Positions 37,214-51,969 are shown, counted from the stretch's first letter. The stretch is 64,000 nt of DNA from Phoronis australis (GCA_002633005.1 NMRA01000021.1:1552896-1616895); one strand, 5' to 3'. The notes: a model not told the origin generated them from the letters alone. A program made the numbers and translations.

Positions 37214-39142
37214 TTAAATGTCAGCATACTTGAACACTTTTACATTACCAGTATAGCGCTCCAACACGGCCACTTCCCCAGGACCAGCAACAACAAGGTC
37301 AGTAGGACTGCTGACGTCTTCTTTTTTGAGGAGCACACGGGGGTGCTCTGACTGACCTGACATTAACACTACCTGGCCATTACTGCAGTCAGCAACAAGA
37401 ATGTGTCCTGACTCATCAACACATACACCACGTGGAGATGGCCCCAGTTGTTTACTGAATGTTTTAGCTATGACTGGCTGTTTGTAGTCAATAACATGGA
37501 CACAGCCTTGACAATAATCACTCACCACCAGATGTCCTTCATTGTCTTCACACAAGTACCACGGTTGGAATTTGATAAGTCCCAGTGACTCTTTATCGAT
37601 CACTACATCAATGTTACAGTCAAAGTCAGCAATAATTACTCGGCCACCACCACTATCTGTTATAACAATCTGGTCATCATGACATGTGATGCTACCCCAA
37701 CTACTGAACATATTGGGTGTGACCTTCAGCACCTGACCCTTACTGTCGTACCTCACCACACCATGAATACTTCCATAAGTAACAAATATATCACCCTGGC
37801 CAGTACATGTTACACCATAAGGGTACTGCAGTTTACGTTGACCGTGATTCACCTCAAACATCAAACTACCACTAGATCTGTCAAAGACTTTGACTTTATG
37901 ATTACTGTAACTTGTAACAATCAACCTGTCGTCACTTTGTGTCAAAGCATAACAGTGAGTGTTAGGTACATTGTAGTTTCGCACCAGAGTCAGTTTCTCC
38001 CGTATAACAGGCTGACGACATTTCTCTGACACCCATGATGCAACACGCTTTTTCTTATGCTTTGTAAATGTCTTCCTTCCCAAATTAGGCATTTTCAAAG
38101 TGCCCGGTAGCTGTCTGAACACTGGTTTGATCACATCTTTTTCCAGTTTCTGAATGTCCAGGTTCTCGAGTCGCGCTTTAATGTCCTGAAATTGTTGCAG
38201 TTTTTCAACATCGTGTGCTGAATCAAGGATTTTTTGGCAATATTTCAAAGTGCTGCTTATGTTCACTCTGCTGAACTCCGCTTCATTGAATGCCATCTGA
38301 GCTTGTTTGCGGGCTTTTGCGATCTCCACTTTCAGTTCCTCAATGGAGCGATTCATCTTTGATTCAATTTCAACCAGAATGTCCTCTTTAAATGTGTTGT
38401 ACATTTGCTGTATTTCGTTAATCAAACGTTCTTCTTCTTCAACAAGATTGTCTAAAACTTTCTTCCGTTCTGCAGACAACCTGATGGAATGATCTGAAGC
38501 CATTGTCCAGGGCTTCAGTAAACCTTTCATGACTTCAACAGCTTCCACTGCAGCTTCTTCTAGATTTTTCATCTCGTGTTGTTTATGTTCAAGCATTGCG
38601 CACAAGAGACACAGAGGTTTTACACAGTTCTCGCAGTAAATCTTCAACATCTCGCCAGCGTGTTTTGAGCAGTGGATTTGCTGAAACTGGTGAATTTCCT
38701 CCAAGTGTTCACCGCTCCTGACTTCCTCCAAACTGACCACTTTGTGATTGACAGTCAATTTGGTGAGACAGTGGCTATCTGCACATCCTTTACACAAATG
38801 GTCTCCGCATTGAATGCACATAAAAGTCGCTGACTCTTTAGCACCTTGAATCTTGCAAAAGTCGCACTTGACCACTGACACTTCTGGAAATAACTCACTT
38901 ATCTGTATCAGATAGAGATTACGTTTGAACCCCATCATGCCATCTGGAGGGACCTCAAATAACAATGTACAAACTGGACACGGGAAGGAACCATCTGTTT
39001 GTTTCTCGTCCATGTGTTGTCCAATGCATTTGCCACAAAACGAGTGGAGGCATGGTAAACAGCGTGGATCTGTGATACGTTCTAAACAAATTGGACACTC
39101 AAGTATTCGCTGAAAGTTTTCTTTGTCCGTGCATTCAGCCAT
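37214..39142 (-). CDS. TRIM-NHL E3 ubiquitin ligase (RING, 2 B-boxes, coiled coil, NHL beta-propeller), TRIM2/3/71-like, 642 aa, single coding exon
   Basis: RING CPICLE...PCLHSFC..C...CPVC; B-box1 CDFC...C..C...C..C...H; B-box2 CSKH...CENC...C..C...H..H; NHL repeats P.GV. Start set at MAECT, 3 nt after the acceptor tttcattacag. Confidence 0.92.
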   Translation of the reverse strand: MAECTDKENFQRILECPICLERITDPRCLPCLHSFCGKCIGQHMDEKQTDGSFPCPVCTLLFEVPPDGMMGFKRNLYLIQISELFPEVSVVKCDFCKIQGAKESATFMCIQCGDHLCKGCADSHCLTKLTVNHKVVSLEEVRSGEHLEEIHQFQQIHCSKHAGEMLKIYCENCVKPLCLLCAMLEHKQHEMKNLEEAAVEAVEVMKGLLKPWTMASDHSIRLSAERKKVLDNLVEEEERLINEIQQMYNTFKEDILVEIESKMNRSIEELKVEIAKARKQAQMAFNEAEFSRVNISSTLKYCQKILDSAHDVEKLQQFQDIKARLENLDIQKLEKDVIKPVFRQLPGTLKMPNLGRKTFTKHKKKRVASWVSEKCRQPVIREKLTLVRNYNVPNTHCYALTQSDDRLIVTSYSNHKVKVFDRSSGSLMFEVNHGQRKLQYPYGVTCTGQGDIFVTYGSIHGVVRYDSKGQVLKVTPNMFSSWGSITCHDDQIVITDSGGGRVIIADFDCNIDVVIDKESLGLIKFQPWYLCEDNEGHLVVSDYCQGCVHVIDYKQPVIAKTFSKQLGPSPRGVCVDESGHILVADCSNGQVVLMSGQSEHPRVLLKKEDVSSPTDLVVAGPGEVAVLERYTGNVKVFKYADI

Positions 39143-39789
39143 TGTCTGTAATGAAATTTGGAAAAATAAAATATAACCAAGATGTTGATTTGCATGCTTT
39201 TTCAATACATTTCATTCATATTGCGCAGCATTGTAAATGATGGACTTCAAGCACCAGTGTAATGACTGACCAATCCATGTGACATTATATCAGATTTCAT
39301 TACACTACCAATAAGTAATGTTCTGAATGGCTAAAACACCATCAGACTGTTTTTAAAAGTTATGTAAGAGCCTAGAGAAGCGCCCAAATTCAGCACAATA
39401 TCAGATTCATAACTTTCAGATACTACACTTTAGGACATTTTCAAACACAACACTGTTAGCAGTTGAGAAGTTATCAAAAATAGCCCTTTTATGATTTTCA
39501 GTAACAAATTTATGAAAAACAACATTATTTGCGGTGACTTTAGTTTAGTTCAAACCATAAGTACCAGAACAACCCTAAATCAAAAGAAAGAATACAAGAA
39601 CAGATGAACCTTTTTGATTTAAAAAATCTGTTTTGAGAAGAATATACACTGCTTAAAATAATTACATGGAGGGGTAAAAGCTGAAACCACAATAAAGCAA
39701 ACAAGAATATGGCTTTTCTTGATTCTGGTAACCTTAGCCACTCTGTCAGTGACCTAATTACTCAAAACCGTTATTTCTCCAACTGCTAA

Positions 39790-40290
39790 AGATGTGTTCT
39801 ACTGTGTGTCAAATTTAGAGAACCTACTTCGGGAAAGTATCTGTGGAATTTCAACAACAGTTTGTTAGATGACAAGGAATGCGTTAAACAAATTAGAAGC
39901 AAACTAAATTGGAAAAAATGTTGAATATTCGCTACCAATTTATAATGACTATACAGTTGAAGATGTGCAAATAATGAAATTCAATTTAGAATTGAAGATA
40001 ACATTATATTCAGATGTATTATTTATGGAGATAAGAGAACAGACAATTGCTTAATTGGTGAATAAAAAGAATCTACAAGTCTCAGACAGAACAGAAACAA
40101 AACTTGAAGAAATATTGTATCAGTATTTGGAAAACTTTCTTTTTTTGATAAATCAGATTAAGAAACTTTGTGAAGCAAATCAAACAAATTGTTAAATATT
40201 ATCAGAAAAAAATGCCGAATTTTTCGCTAAAAAGCAAGCTGGATTGAAAACAAAGAGCACCCAACAAAATACTTCAGTAAACTAGAATCT
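39790..40290 (+). mobile_element. Degenerate L1/Tx1 LINE ORF2 fragment (post-endonuclease linker); partial paralog at ~54440-54605
   Basis: Remnant peptides GKYLWNFNNSLLDDKE, MEIREQTIA and SWIENKEHPTKYFSKLE match L1/Tx1 ORF2 motifs. Confidence 0.7.
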
Positions 40291-43200
40291 AGACCTTAAT
40301 TGTTTGCAGAAAACTTGTGTACAACATTGAACTTTATGATGCAGTCTTACAAACTAACTTGAAGATATCATCAAAAATGTGTGTGTTGTTCTTCACAAAG
40401 AAATCACTATCATCATACGAAACAAACTTTTCTACAATTCACAGAAAATTATTGTCTTAGAACTTTTTCAAACTGAAAATTGAACTCCTCTGCATACGCC
40501 TGCCGATTTCCTCATCAAACAAAAAGAAAGAAATTGACAAGTCAAGCAGTGAAAAACCCCAATGCGACCTTACACTTGATGGGTTTATTACTATTTTAGG
40601 CAGAAACAATATAAATCACAATTAAACAAAATGTTGGTCTCAAATGGAATTGTCCTTGGCATTCGATGAATACATGTATGAGCCCTTAGAAATCATGTCT
40701 GTGTAGCTTATATTTATGAGTGGAAAATGTGTTTTCAATCCTCCTAGTGTGAAGTTTAGGCAGACAATGGAGTTTTACATCCATGCTGTACCAGTCTAAG
40801 GTTGTCATAGTTAAGAGTGTTTCAGGGAGATTTACTAGCAGCTTTCAGCTCTCATAGGAACATTGACGTGTGTATAGTGATCTAATAGTTCAGGTGAGCA
40901 CGGGAGTTAAGCGTACAGTCCCGTAATTCAAAAAGACAATTTCAGTATGACAAAGAAAATCACTTCTCAAGAATTTGATGTACTGTATGGACTCATGTAT
41001 GGACAATCTACCTTTGGAAGTTAAAGATAAGAATAAATACTATAGAAATAAGCCCTTGCATCTGAAAGGAATCGAAAGCAGATAATATATGTACCTAATG
41101 GAGACAGTCTCAAGGTGCAGTGAAAGACTTCTGCGGCCCCACATGACAAGAGTTTCAAGAGCGTTGTAAGACATGCGCTTTCATTCTTATGTGCGCACCA
41201 GTAAATACATGTACTCTCATGGAAATCACCAACATAACAACAAACGATGAAGTCGATCTCTCAATTAACTCAGATGTGTGTGGCAAATATCCAGTCAACG
41301 CTGTTACTGTGTTGTGGATGCACATCCCTCTATTCCGCTAGGATTCAACTTGTTTTCCTAAAGCAGTGTTCAGTTGAGCATAGTTCAAGTTGTTCTGTGA
41401 CGGTGTGCAGCCTGAGCGGAGATTGTTACAAAAATCACTGGTAAACTGTTAGTTAGACACTGCTGCCGAAAGGCTGTTTATATGTTGTCAAACTAACGAG
41501 CAAGTGTTTTGTTGATGTGGCGAGCGTATTCATCTCTATACAAATCTACGTCTGCCGTTGTGCGCGGAACTCATCTGTAACATTTCGTGGAAGGTGTGGA
41601 CCACGCGGGAACACTAGGTGATGACGACTAAGAGATACCACAAGCTCAAGTGATGGTGTTGGCGTTCGACCCAGTCTTTGTCCCTTTGCTATGTTTTGTA
41701 TAACTTGTCAAGTGTTTGTAAATGTTAATTGATGTAATTATTGTATAAAATAACTAGAGGCTACAGGAGTTGTCATACTCGTTTACATTACTTTACACTA
41801 CTTTACGCATGCAGGATTAAGAAGGCGAATGTGTAAACCCTCTAACCCTTTATAGAAAACATGCTGTATGGACACAGGAGAACATGCATTCATGAGATTG
41901 AAAAGTTTGAACACTAGCTAGTTTAATTACCATGTGTTTAAGACCTTTATCTTACCGAGGCTCTTAATGTAAGCAGCAACAGAAAATCAAACAGGTATCT
42001 TCAAGTGCAGAACGTCTTGGCGGGAAACTCCCAACAATGAATATGCTAGGTAGTGGAGCCAGGAGTAGTGGCACGCTTATTGCAAGTTAAGCACAGCCAG
42101 AGGTCAGTATCTGAAAAAAGAGGGGCATTGTTGTAATGGTAATCAAATTAAATGAGAATTGATTAATTTGAGTGTTAATGCTGTTTTTTTTTCCAACTAA
42201 TTCACACTTTTGCGAGTCGGACACATTTAGTTCACTGGTTTGCCCTGCATTTCCAGATGTATCATTTGCACAAAGCATGGCTTCAGGTCACTTCTAAGTT
42301 CCACGCAAACACAGGCTGGAGGACAAGGCAAAATACCACAAGAAAAAAAACTTTCACAGAGTTAATGTGCAAAGAGCAAAATTCTAATGAGCAATTTAAT
42401 TAATCTGAAGCTCAAACAATGGAAGATTAATAATTCTTCATGTGTTTGATATGATGATATGTGTGCGCACTACACCTGTACCAATGTCGGTCTAAAAAAG
42501 CAAAGTCTACTTGGCCTGCTGACCTAAATATTTTTCGAAGAAATCCTGCTAGGCACCTGACAATTGTCGTAACATGACATTCAAAAACTCAATTCAATAA
42601 ACGTTTCTTGACCTAAAATGCATCGTATTATACGAACTTCAGAACACGACAACAGAAGGAAATCGTCGAATTTAAGAAAGTTGTTTATGCACCAAGTCCC
42701 GCAATCAATTCGACTACATCCGACTAGTGCCCACCGTTCAAGATCGAAATTTATTATTCAAGGAGTCAAGGATTACTACTTTAACTATTATAAGTCGTAA
42801 ACGAAACACTTTTAGCAGGTTGAAGGTAAACGTCATTACTGTTACACTCGATTCAGTCAAATCTCCATCGGCAATGTCTAAATCACGGCTTAAGAAAGTA
42901 GGCTACGTTTATAAGTTTTTTCGAAGAAATCTTGAGAGGCATCCGCCAATCAAAATATGAATGGTCACGTAGTTATAGTATACATAATGAAAAAAAAATT
43001 AACAGGTATCACTCTACGTTGAATGAAAGTCCACCTTACCCCATCTCCGGAATACAAAAAACATAGAGTAATTATCAAATTTAACAGTTATTTCTCAATA
43101 AACTCCAGCATTATTCCCTAACGGTCGACGTCTTCTCGACTTCTCTTCCCAGAAAAATGGAAAATGGGTCATATGCTGATAACTGCGCCATCAGGCGGTA

Positions 43201-44294
43201 ACTTTGCGGAAGTTAGTCAAATATGATCGCGATCTTTTGAAACCTGACTTTAGTAAACTCCGTGACTAAAGACTTGTATGGTGCATACTTGAGCAGAATC
43301 GTAGATTGAGTGGAGTCGGGCACTTGCGCCCTCCAATAATTTCGAGCTAGGGGTCGGGGTCAGTATCCGTACTTGCAGCGGTCGACGTACTAAAAGAAGT
43401 ACACTGCCATACGGCGAAACATGGAGAAGAAAGAAAATTCAAAAGAACATTTGTCAACTTTGGCTACCAGTGTTTGACACTGGCCTGGAAATATTTATTA
43501 GGGACCGATGTTTGCAGCATGCTGAGATAGTCTATATGCACTTTATCATACAGGTGTAAGTATAAGTTGCCGGCGAGAAAATAGAGCACATCTTGGCTGA
43601 ATTAATTCTCTGGATTTATCTCCATTTTATAGTATGGAATGACTAAATAAGTACACGACCCCTCTCACAAGGCATAAAGGAATCGTTCCCCGCTCTCTTT
43701 TTCGTTCTATAACAAAATTGTTTCAAGTGGTGAAAATTGAGAACCTGACAGATAACCATCGCTGCTCATCCTCTTTTTGAAAGTTTAATTCCTATTATTT
43801 TTATTCATGGTTTGGCATCTTAACGCTGATAAATTCGGAACAAAGCACACTAGAGTCGTTCTTCAAAAAATGTACTCATAATTGAACACAATTACTAGAT
43901 TAAATTCAAAACAAGAGATCAAAGTACAATTAGGCATTTGAGTCAAATTCAACGCGTTGCTTATTAACTTTGGACGATCAATTATCTTCGTATGTCCTTG
44001 GTGTTTTTCAATTTTCCAGTAGTATTGGGCAATACATTATCGATATCCAAAAGTGAATCATTCGTTTGCCATTCCAGTGCATACAAAGCATGTGACAGCT
44101 CACGAGCCAACTCTCAAAACAACTTTATTAAAGGAAGACACATCGATGAGAACACGAGAAACATTTTCAGTGTATGACTTGATGCAGTACACAACGGCCT
44201 TCTTTTACCAGTCGACTTTGAGAAGCCATTTCTCTTCGTTTCGCAGAATTTCTGATACAAAACACACATTTTGTTATCTGTGTCGAAAATGTTG

Positions 44295-45500
44295 TTGACT
44301 TGGTTCGCCTCCTAAACAGAGGCTCTCGGCTCTCCGTTATCCAGCATAAGTTCAATTCAGAATACTTTGAAATTGCTCGGGGGTGCCGACAGGATGTATC
44401 AATCGCGCCTTATCGTTTTATATCATGTGCAGAGATCATGACAATGATGGCGCGTCAGAATAGGGAAATCGTTAGTATTGCTGTTGCGAACAGATATCGT
44501 ACAGTTATACAATATGCAGATGACACAGACTTAGCTGTTGATGGTTCTAATGGTTCTTTGGGAGAAACTGTTAGTCTATTAGACCAATTTTCTAAGTTTT
44601 CTGGTTTAGAAAACAAATATGAAATCACGGATTGTATTTGGATACTGGGACTATGAAATATTACATGAGCGATACTAAGCTATGTCTGAAAATTTTGGAC
44701 ATGGAGGAAAAACATTTTACTGCACTCGGTATTAAATTTACTATTAAGCTGCCTAAAATACTCACCATAAGTTTTGAAGACAACATTAAATAAATTCAAG
44801 ACCTTTTCATTTCATGGTCTAAAGTGCTGTTGCTCCACAGTAATTAAGTCATTTTGTTCTCACTAAATTTGTTCACCGTTTATTGCGTTACCTTCCAGAG
44901 GACATGCTCAAGCAGTTGGAAAAACTATTTTATAGTTTTGTGTAGGATGGTAAGATGAATATTCGAAACACTTTTATTCAAAACTTTGCTCTCGGAAGTT
45001 GCAACATGATACACATCTACTCATTGACTAAATCACTAAAAGTTTCTTGGTTTGGCAAGATAACCCTAACTAGTGATGAGATTTAATCTATGAAAGGGGT
45101 TATCTTGTTTTGCAAAGGACTATTTTGTAATATTTGCTTCTTTTTATAAATTACCTGTCCTGAAAGAGAATATTCTTTGTAAGCCACTATGGTACAACTC
45201 TAACCTTCAATCTTTTCTCTGGCAAAAACATTTATACTACACAAGGTGATGTGAGAACAACGTTGTTAGTATATCTACATTTTGAACACAAGTGGTAAAT
45301 TAGTGACATATGAGTGTTTTTGGGCTACACATGGGTATTCTCTAATTCTCTACCATTCACCAACTTTTTGGACTTACCAAAAATCTTGCAAACATTATTT
45401 AAAAAAAAACATTTTTTATTCATTTAAAGTTGTCTTACAGAATTTTTCACAACCATTTCCTAGTATCATTTTCTCCCAGAAGACAAAATAAATTTGTTCA
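44295..45500 (+). mobile_element. Degenerate L1/Tx1 LINE RT fragment
   Basis: SEYFEIARGCRQD...IQYADDTDL...FSKFSGL followed by a decayed ORF2 C-terminal region. Confidence 0.8.
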
Positions 45501-46902
45501 TGATTTTGATATGCCAGATGTATAAAAAAATCAAAATTTGAAGCAACGTGGTGGATGGTGCTTAATTTCTAACTAACTCAGGTGCGGATCCAGGATTTTG
45601 AGTTGGGGGTGGAGGCAGGGCAGAGGATCTGGCGTGGGTGACACCAGGGACAAAGATTTTTGATGTAACCCGTCACAAAACTAAACCAGCTACTCATTCA
45701 CCCAGTCAGCCCACCATGGTTTAAGAATTTCAGTGGAAACGCACATAGTTTGAAACACAAAATGCAGAATTTATTGTGGTTTAGAATAGATGTACTGCAT
45801 CTACATGTACAAGGCTATGAATGCCTATGACAATAGACCACTGAAACAGAATTGTGCACGCAAGTTACAAAGTTAGTCGGTGAACTATTATACCAATGCC
45901 ACTCCAATGGTCCTTTAAGTAGAGTAACGGTGCAGGTTCACCTAATTTCCAATGTACACAATGCACAAAGCGGCATGGTGTCAACTATCTAATTATTTTA
46001 ATTTATAATGGTGTATTGCCCGAGTAGTTAATAAAATTTTTGATGCCACTGTAACAGCCGTGAAAGTTAATTTACTAATACTTTTCGATCACTCAGATTC
46101 GTGTTTTTTCGATAGCTTTTAGCGGACTAAGTTTAAAACCAATGTAAGATGTACGCCTGCGCGTCATATGCAGTCATCACAAAATTATAATCAACAACAA
46201 AACCGGCCTAAGATCAATGTTTGTCCAACGACAGGAAGACGGTTCTGATGAAGTTTTTGAATTGGCCGTGCATTTTACAAGCATGACCACATTAAATGAT
46301 CAATTCATGCTACCTTAAACCGCTAGTGGGCATCGCCGTAATGTTTGATGGCACATTTCTAGTAGGGATATAGGCGCCATCTCACCATAACAAAACATTG
46401 AATATTCTTCATATGCTGCAAATTGTCTACTAAAAATAATTTAATGGGATGATGAGAGAAAGACACCAAATGACAAATAACTTCTGAATCAATAAAACTT
46501 ACCAAACGAACCTCGGCTTAATTTAGCAGTCACCAAAAATTCAACCGTTGTTCATTGTATTTTTTGTCATCTGGCTTTTGGTACAGTACTGATATAATAA
46601 TACATGCTCAAGTATTAAACAGTGTAATCCCACAACATGTTAATTTAAAGTTGAAACCCACTATGAACGGAATTTGAACATGGAGATTTTTGCTATTGCA
46701 ATTTTCATGACTGCTAACAATCGTAGGCGTAGGTCGTGAACATAGGCATCAATTATAAATGATGCGAAATTCCGCCAATAGACAGCCACTTTTAATTAAA
46801 CAAATGAAAATCAATGCAACTCATTTTTGCCGTCCTCACCAAGAAGCACCTGTTCTTGCGAAGCCCAAAATTCAATGCAGTAAAGTTATATCATTTTATT
46901 TT

Positions 46903-49241
46903 GGATTTTGTACGAGTTGACAGCAATGACCAACCACTGGATTACAAGGAGACATTTTACCATATCTGTTAGAAAATGTGTCACAAAAGGCTTTTACAAT
47001 GCAGAAGATAAACGTGACGAGTACTCGCTATGCAGGTGTGTATAAACTAATGTTGTTAAACTGAATTAAGGTGGATTTAGGTGGTCCGGGCCTCAATGTG
47101 GACGTGACGAAAAGCCCCGTCGTGCTGCTTTCAGGACCTACTCAAACATTTCCCTGCAAGTTCATGGATGCCCCCTTGTGACATTGTTGGCCTATCAATG
47201 CCTTGAACTTTTCAGTGCAAAATACACCGACGACATAATATAATGAAACAATATTACCCCTCATAAGTACAAAGCAATGGCCCTATTTGGACAGACTAAA
47301 CATATTTGCTTGCGGTAATGTCCAGAGCGTTCAAACTATACCTTAAAATTAGGTGAAGCTGTTAAACCAATCATGAACATTTGAAAGCAAAATTCTTGTA
47401 ACGTTGGTGAGTTTACCTGACAATTCATGTGGGTTAACGACCTGGGAATTGCGCTGATGGATGTAACATTGCAAGTATTAAATAAAAGTCAAACAGGGTG
47501 TGGATAAAGTGGTGTTTGTGACACAAGTAAATTGCAAGCTTTTTGGGTCATGGAGCTCTGATATTCACAAAGATATGGTGCTTCTAAATGGGGTTCTATA
47601 ACCAAACTTGGGCATAACATTTTAAAAAGTTATAGATTAGCGTTTACCTGAATGTGGCCATTAACCGGCAGAAAAGTACAATGTAATTAGGCCTACATTG
47701 TATATTAGTGCCTATCATAATAGTTGAGTCCTTTAACTGTTATATCGGCTTCTTTACATATTTTGAAGTCTGTAAATCCCAAAAGAATTGATCATCCCGG
47801 TCTCAGATTTTCAGAGTCCATAAGGGGTAATAAAAGTTATTCTCGGACAGGACAACGAAAGCTTTATGTCAAGCTGTGTTTACTTACACTGGCCGATCGA
47901 CTGGGATATGTGTATTCACGACGAGCAGGGTTGACAAAGTACTGCTGTCACTGACCTTGCATATCAATTCCAAAAGGCTTATTGTATGTGAATGACACCC
48001 ACGATTTATAATGGTTCGCAAGATTCGAAGCCACTATGAGAAATATTCTGATCCACTATTCAGACTAGGTAACCCCTCCTAGTGAAAAATGGTAAATAAT
48101 TACCAATGAATCGGATTCATTCGTGCCATTGTTACCTCCAGTTTTTGTGTAAATCTTTTGTTGAAGTTAATGTCGATGTATTACGGTCTGTACGTAATTT
48201 TGCAGGCATCAACGGTTGTCTATGGAAGACGGTGATTGACTGTACTTGGCCATGTGACATTCAAGAAGTGGCTTATGGGAAGACTCGGGAAGAAAGTGAA
48301 CGTAGCGCCACTATGCACATCTGTGTCAACTTAAAGGTTACGGTTACTGGTTATTTTCTCCATACTTGTATTTTCTATCAAGAGTTAGTTTTTTTTGTCA
48401 ATGCGAACTATGTAGGTCCCTAAAAAATGTAGTCAAGTCGTTTGATCCAACACCACCTTTATGTTGTGCAACAGTTGCAGCTTGCAGCAGCAAAACTTTC
48501 AACTGTTACTTGCAAGAAAAACATTAAAAATTTTCAATTCTTGTGGACACCCTTGTTGTTAGTATTGAAAGTAACTGAGTCTCTTCTCTCTGTTACAGTC
48601 TCTCAAGATCCTCGATAAAGAAATCGGATCTGTAACCCAGTGGTGATGAGACTATCCAACTTAACCCTAGAATCAGATATTGATAATATCCAATGTGACT
48701 ATGAGTTTTACGTTGACGCCTCTGTGAAAGGCTTTGGAGGATACCTTCTGACAATGAAAACTGAACTGCATGAAAATCCTATTTTGTGGATAAAAGAACC
48801 ATGGCCTGATAATGTTCTTTATTCCTACACCAGGCCGTTCATTCCGACGACTTTCCTCGAGTTCTACAGCATTTTGGCTACTGTGTACACGTGAAAAGGA
48901 AAAATTATGAATAAGAACATCTTATGCTGGTGTGACAATCAAACTGCCGTCGACATTGTGAACAAGGGTCTATTCATGTCAGCGCCAGCGAAGCTTAACA
49001 AGTATTTCAAACTCTTCCAGTTACTCAGAGGTACGTGCGTCAAGTCTAACATCACGCTTGTTGCAAGGCACGTGATCAGAATTGAAAACGTTGCAGCAGA
49101 CTCATTGAGCAGATTCGACGTGGAGGCATTCCGTGCAATGTACCCCAATGCTATGTATAAGGCAACAAAGACTAAGAAGCTGCTGTTCTTGTCACGGTTG
49201 ATTCCGAAATCACCAAGTGATGACATTGGTTAAGATTTATA
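46903..49241 (+). pseudogene. 5'-truncated pseudogene of the dsRBD-RNase H gene (exons 4-6 only)
   Basis: The exon-4 copy has lost its acceptor AG and is frameshifted. The exon-5 copy is at ~48206-48336. The exon-6 copy has a 1-nt deletion near 48615 and TGG>TGA at 48892-48894. Exons 1-3 were not found upstream. Confidence 0.88.
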
Positions 49242-51969
49242 ACAAAAAACTACTAAACTAAGTTTTTTATTGTAGAATGTCGTTTCTGTTACATTCTGAG
49301 TAGCACCAGTTCAGTTGAATGACTTACCAAGCGTTTTGTAGACAATCATGTTTTTCCGAGATGATTCTAGAGTTATAGAACGTGCAATAACTTACAAGGC
49401 TCATAAAATAAAAATCAAAACATTTTTTTTTTAAAAATACACTTGTCTGTATTGTCTCATTTCTTTTTCAGTGTTCTCAAATCTCACTGGTCGTATTACA
49501 ATTGAATCCGACTTCCAGTGGTTATTTGCTTAAATATTTCATTTCCGTTTTTCCTCATCTCATATTTGTCTCATCATTCAAAGTGTGCACCTAAGTTTGA
49601 ATGAAGCCATTTGGTATTCAGAAACTCCCTAACCCAATGCACAGGTTTCCCACGAGTCATTGACACTGTTACACACACTGAGTTGTGATTCGTTGATTGC
49701 TAGCCAATCCTGTTCCGGTATTTTGCATGTTTTGGAATTTTCTCTGTATTGTACCTGTAGCTATCCTGTCATTCCCTGAATAAAGCTGGACAATGGTGGA
49801 TGCTTTGCTGTCAAAACATGTCACTATATTTTACACTAGTTGATGTCTTTATTTAAACTTTACTTGTGTTTGTCAGTGCGAGATCATTCACCTACACTGT
49901 ATTAAATAGTTTGAAATCGTGCACAGGTTCCAGTATGTCACATCTGCCTAACTTCGATATCGTGTTTCTTTTAAAATGCACCGAAACATGATAACATCTC
50001 ACACACAAAGCTTCAAACTACAAATGACAATTCAGACTGACATCCTTTCAACTGGAGGTTGTATTATAGTTTCTTAATCTTCCTGGGAGTTGTTATTCAT
50101 CATTAAATTGCTACATAGGCCAACTACTGTGACAGTTCACGCCTTGCCGCCTTGAAACGCAATTAAAATCCTTCAAAGCTGAAATGTACAAGGCTAATTA
50201 GGGCAGATGTTACAGATGACAACTTTAGTTAGATGTACTACATTGCTTCCATAGCTCAAAATGAATCTTCAATAAATGCATGGTCTCGAGTAGGCCTAAT
50301 AACGAACTGTTATTTGTTGCCGAAACTTCAGACTTCGACTCCGAGTTGGGATTAAGTTAAAACAAATTGATCAAGATTAGTGGATAAAATCAAATGTCAC
50401 GTTGTGATTTGACAATAAGTTTATTGTACTTACCCAGAATCTACAATTATGAACAGACAAAATTCCACGTCCTACTTAAGTGTTGCTCATACAATTGAGG
50501 CCAGGTGTGTAAAAACACGTCAACTTCTTGAGTTACAATTCCCGAGTAGTTTTCCAGGTAAACTGGAAAATTTTGGAATTTGACAAAGCTTTGACACACA
50601 AAACCGTGACTAAACATTTCTTTTCCACAAGAATAGTTATCGGTAAATGTCAATAAAATTTCAGCTTGCCCCGGTGTTGTACTTCGTACTTTCTCGAAGT
50701 TGCGCCAACTTTCCACCAGTGTCGATTAATTTCACAAACATATAGGGGGAAGGCAAAGTAACTTCACATTGGATTCTAATCTTCCACTAAAATGCTTTTT
50801 AATCACAACAAAGTTTTAATTAAACTTACTCTGACAAGAACTTCTTCCAAATGTGGCAGGTTCTAATGGAGTTCTTTCGAAGTCCAGTTTATTTTGGAAA
50901 CTACTGTACATACGAATGGGTACACATGCGCGGATGTGGTTACCAAATATTGGTGTAAATTGTGGCAATAAAATCTTACCTTTAGGTCAATTATGAACGT
51001 AAAGAACGAAACAATATTGTTTATGTTACATTTCTATATTTCTAAATTATACAAGCAAGCAGTCTTTCGCATAATGTGACATTTAAGACTCACCATCGTC
51101 TTTATTACTTAGTAAAAGCATTGATTGTGCATAGTACATGCACACCAATTTCAAAATGACCCAACCACATTAAAATACATGATAGAGATGTGTAAAGATA
51201 ACATTAGTTAAAACTAAGAGTGCAGCGTGAATAAATCGAATTAACTGGACCTGAAACAAATACTGCGCATGGCACGTTTAAGCAATATAGCTATCAATCT
51301 CTCATTCAAAAGCCAGCAGCAGACTGTCTATTCTGTGTATAGTTCTGTACAGCTGTAACCCTCGGAAGCACAAGATTAATGACACTTTACTGGCCGTTAT
51401 CACTTAAAAAGCATTAAGTTCTTACTAAGCTGCCAATATTGAATTCTTAACAAAAAAACGTTTCGGGGTTTGAAAGCATTACAAGCTGAATTGTTGAACC
51501 ATCGACAGAGTCAAAGGCAATGCAGACATGCGCTATATTGGAATTTTAGAGTAAGCCAAGGCGAATAAAGTTTGATAACTTTTCTAGGGTCGCTAATTGT
51601 TTCCATGTTCCTTTTGGTATTGGAAATAAAGTTATTGTTACTGTAAGGAAAGTATGAGAAACATTTCATGAGAGTGAACTGCCTAGATCCCAGGTACACC
51701 ATTTACATATTAGATAAATTATTTTTACAGCCATTCATGAAACCGTGCGTTTCATAGTTTTTGCCGAATATGGACATAATTAAGGTTGCACATTTCCACG
51801 ACTTCAGGCTACTTAGACACGTGTTTTAGTTGATTAAAATTAAACTTGAATGCTCAATGTACATGACCTCAGATCTAACAGCCTCAAGCTGAGTCAAAAT
51901 ATAGTTGCAACATAACACAGACCCATAAAGCAATGTTCAATTTGTTCAATGTGCTTATCAGAGAACAGT

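Larger units (their letters stand above)
23365..41429. repeat. Segmental duplication unit 1 (paralogous to ~46615-57766)
   Basis: Colinear homology across RNase H-gene exons 4-6, the intergenic flank, the TRIM gene and its upstream region, interrupted by unit-specific TE insertions. Confidence 0.88.

Noticed and set aside
39143-39205. N-terminal extensions of the TRIM ORFs (MKKHANQ... and MQTNILV... at 53899-53952)
   Set aside because: They read through a pyrimidine-rich splice acceptor; the conserved start is MAECT.
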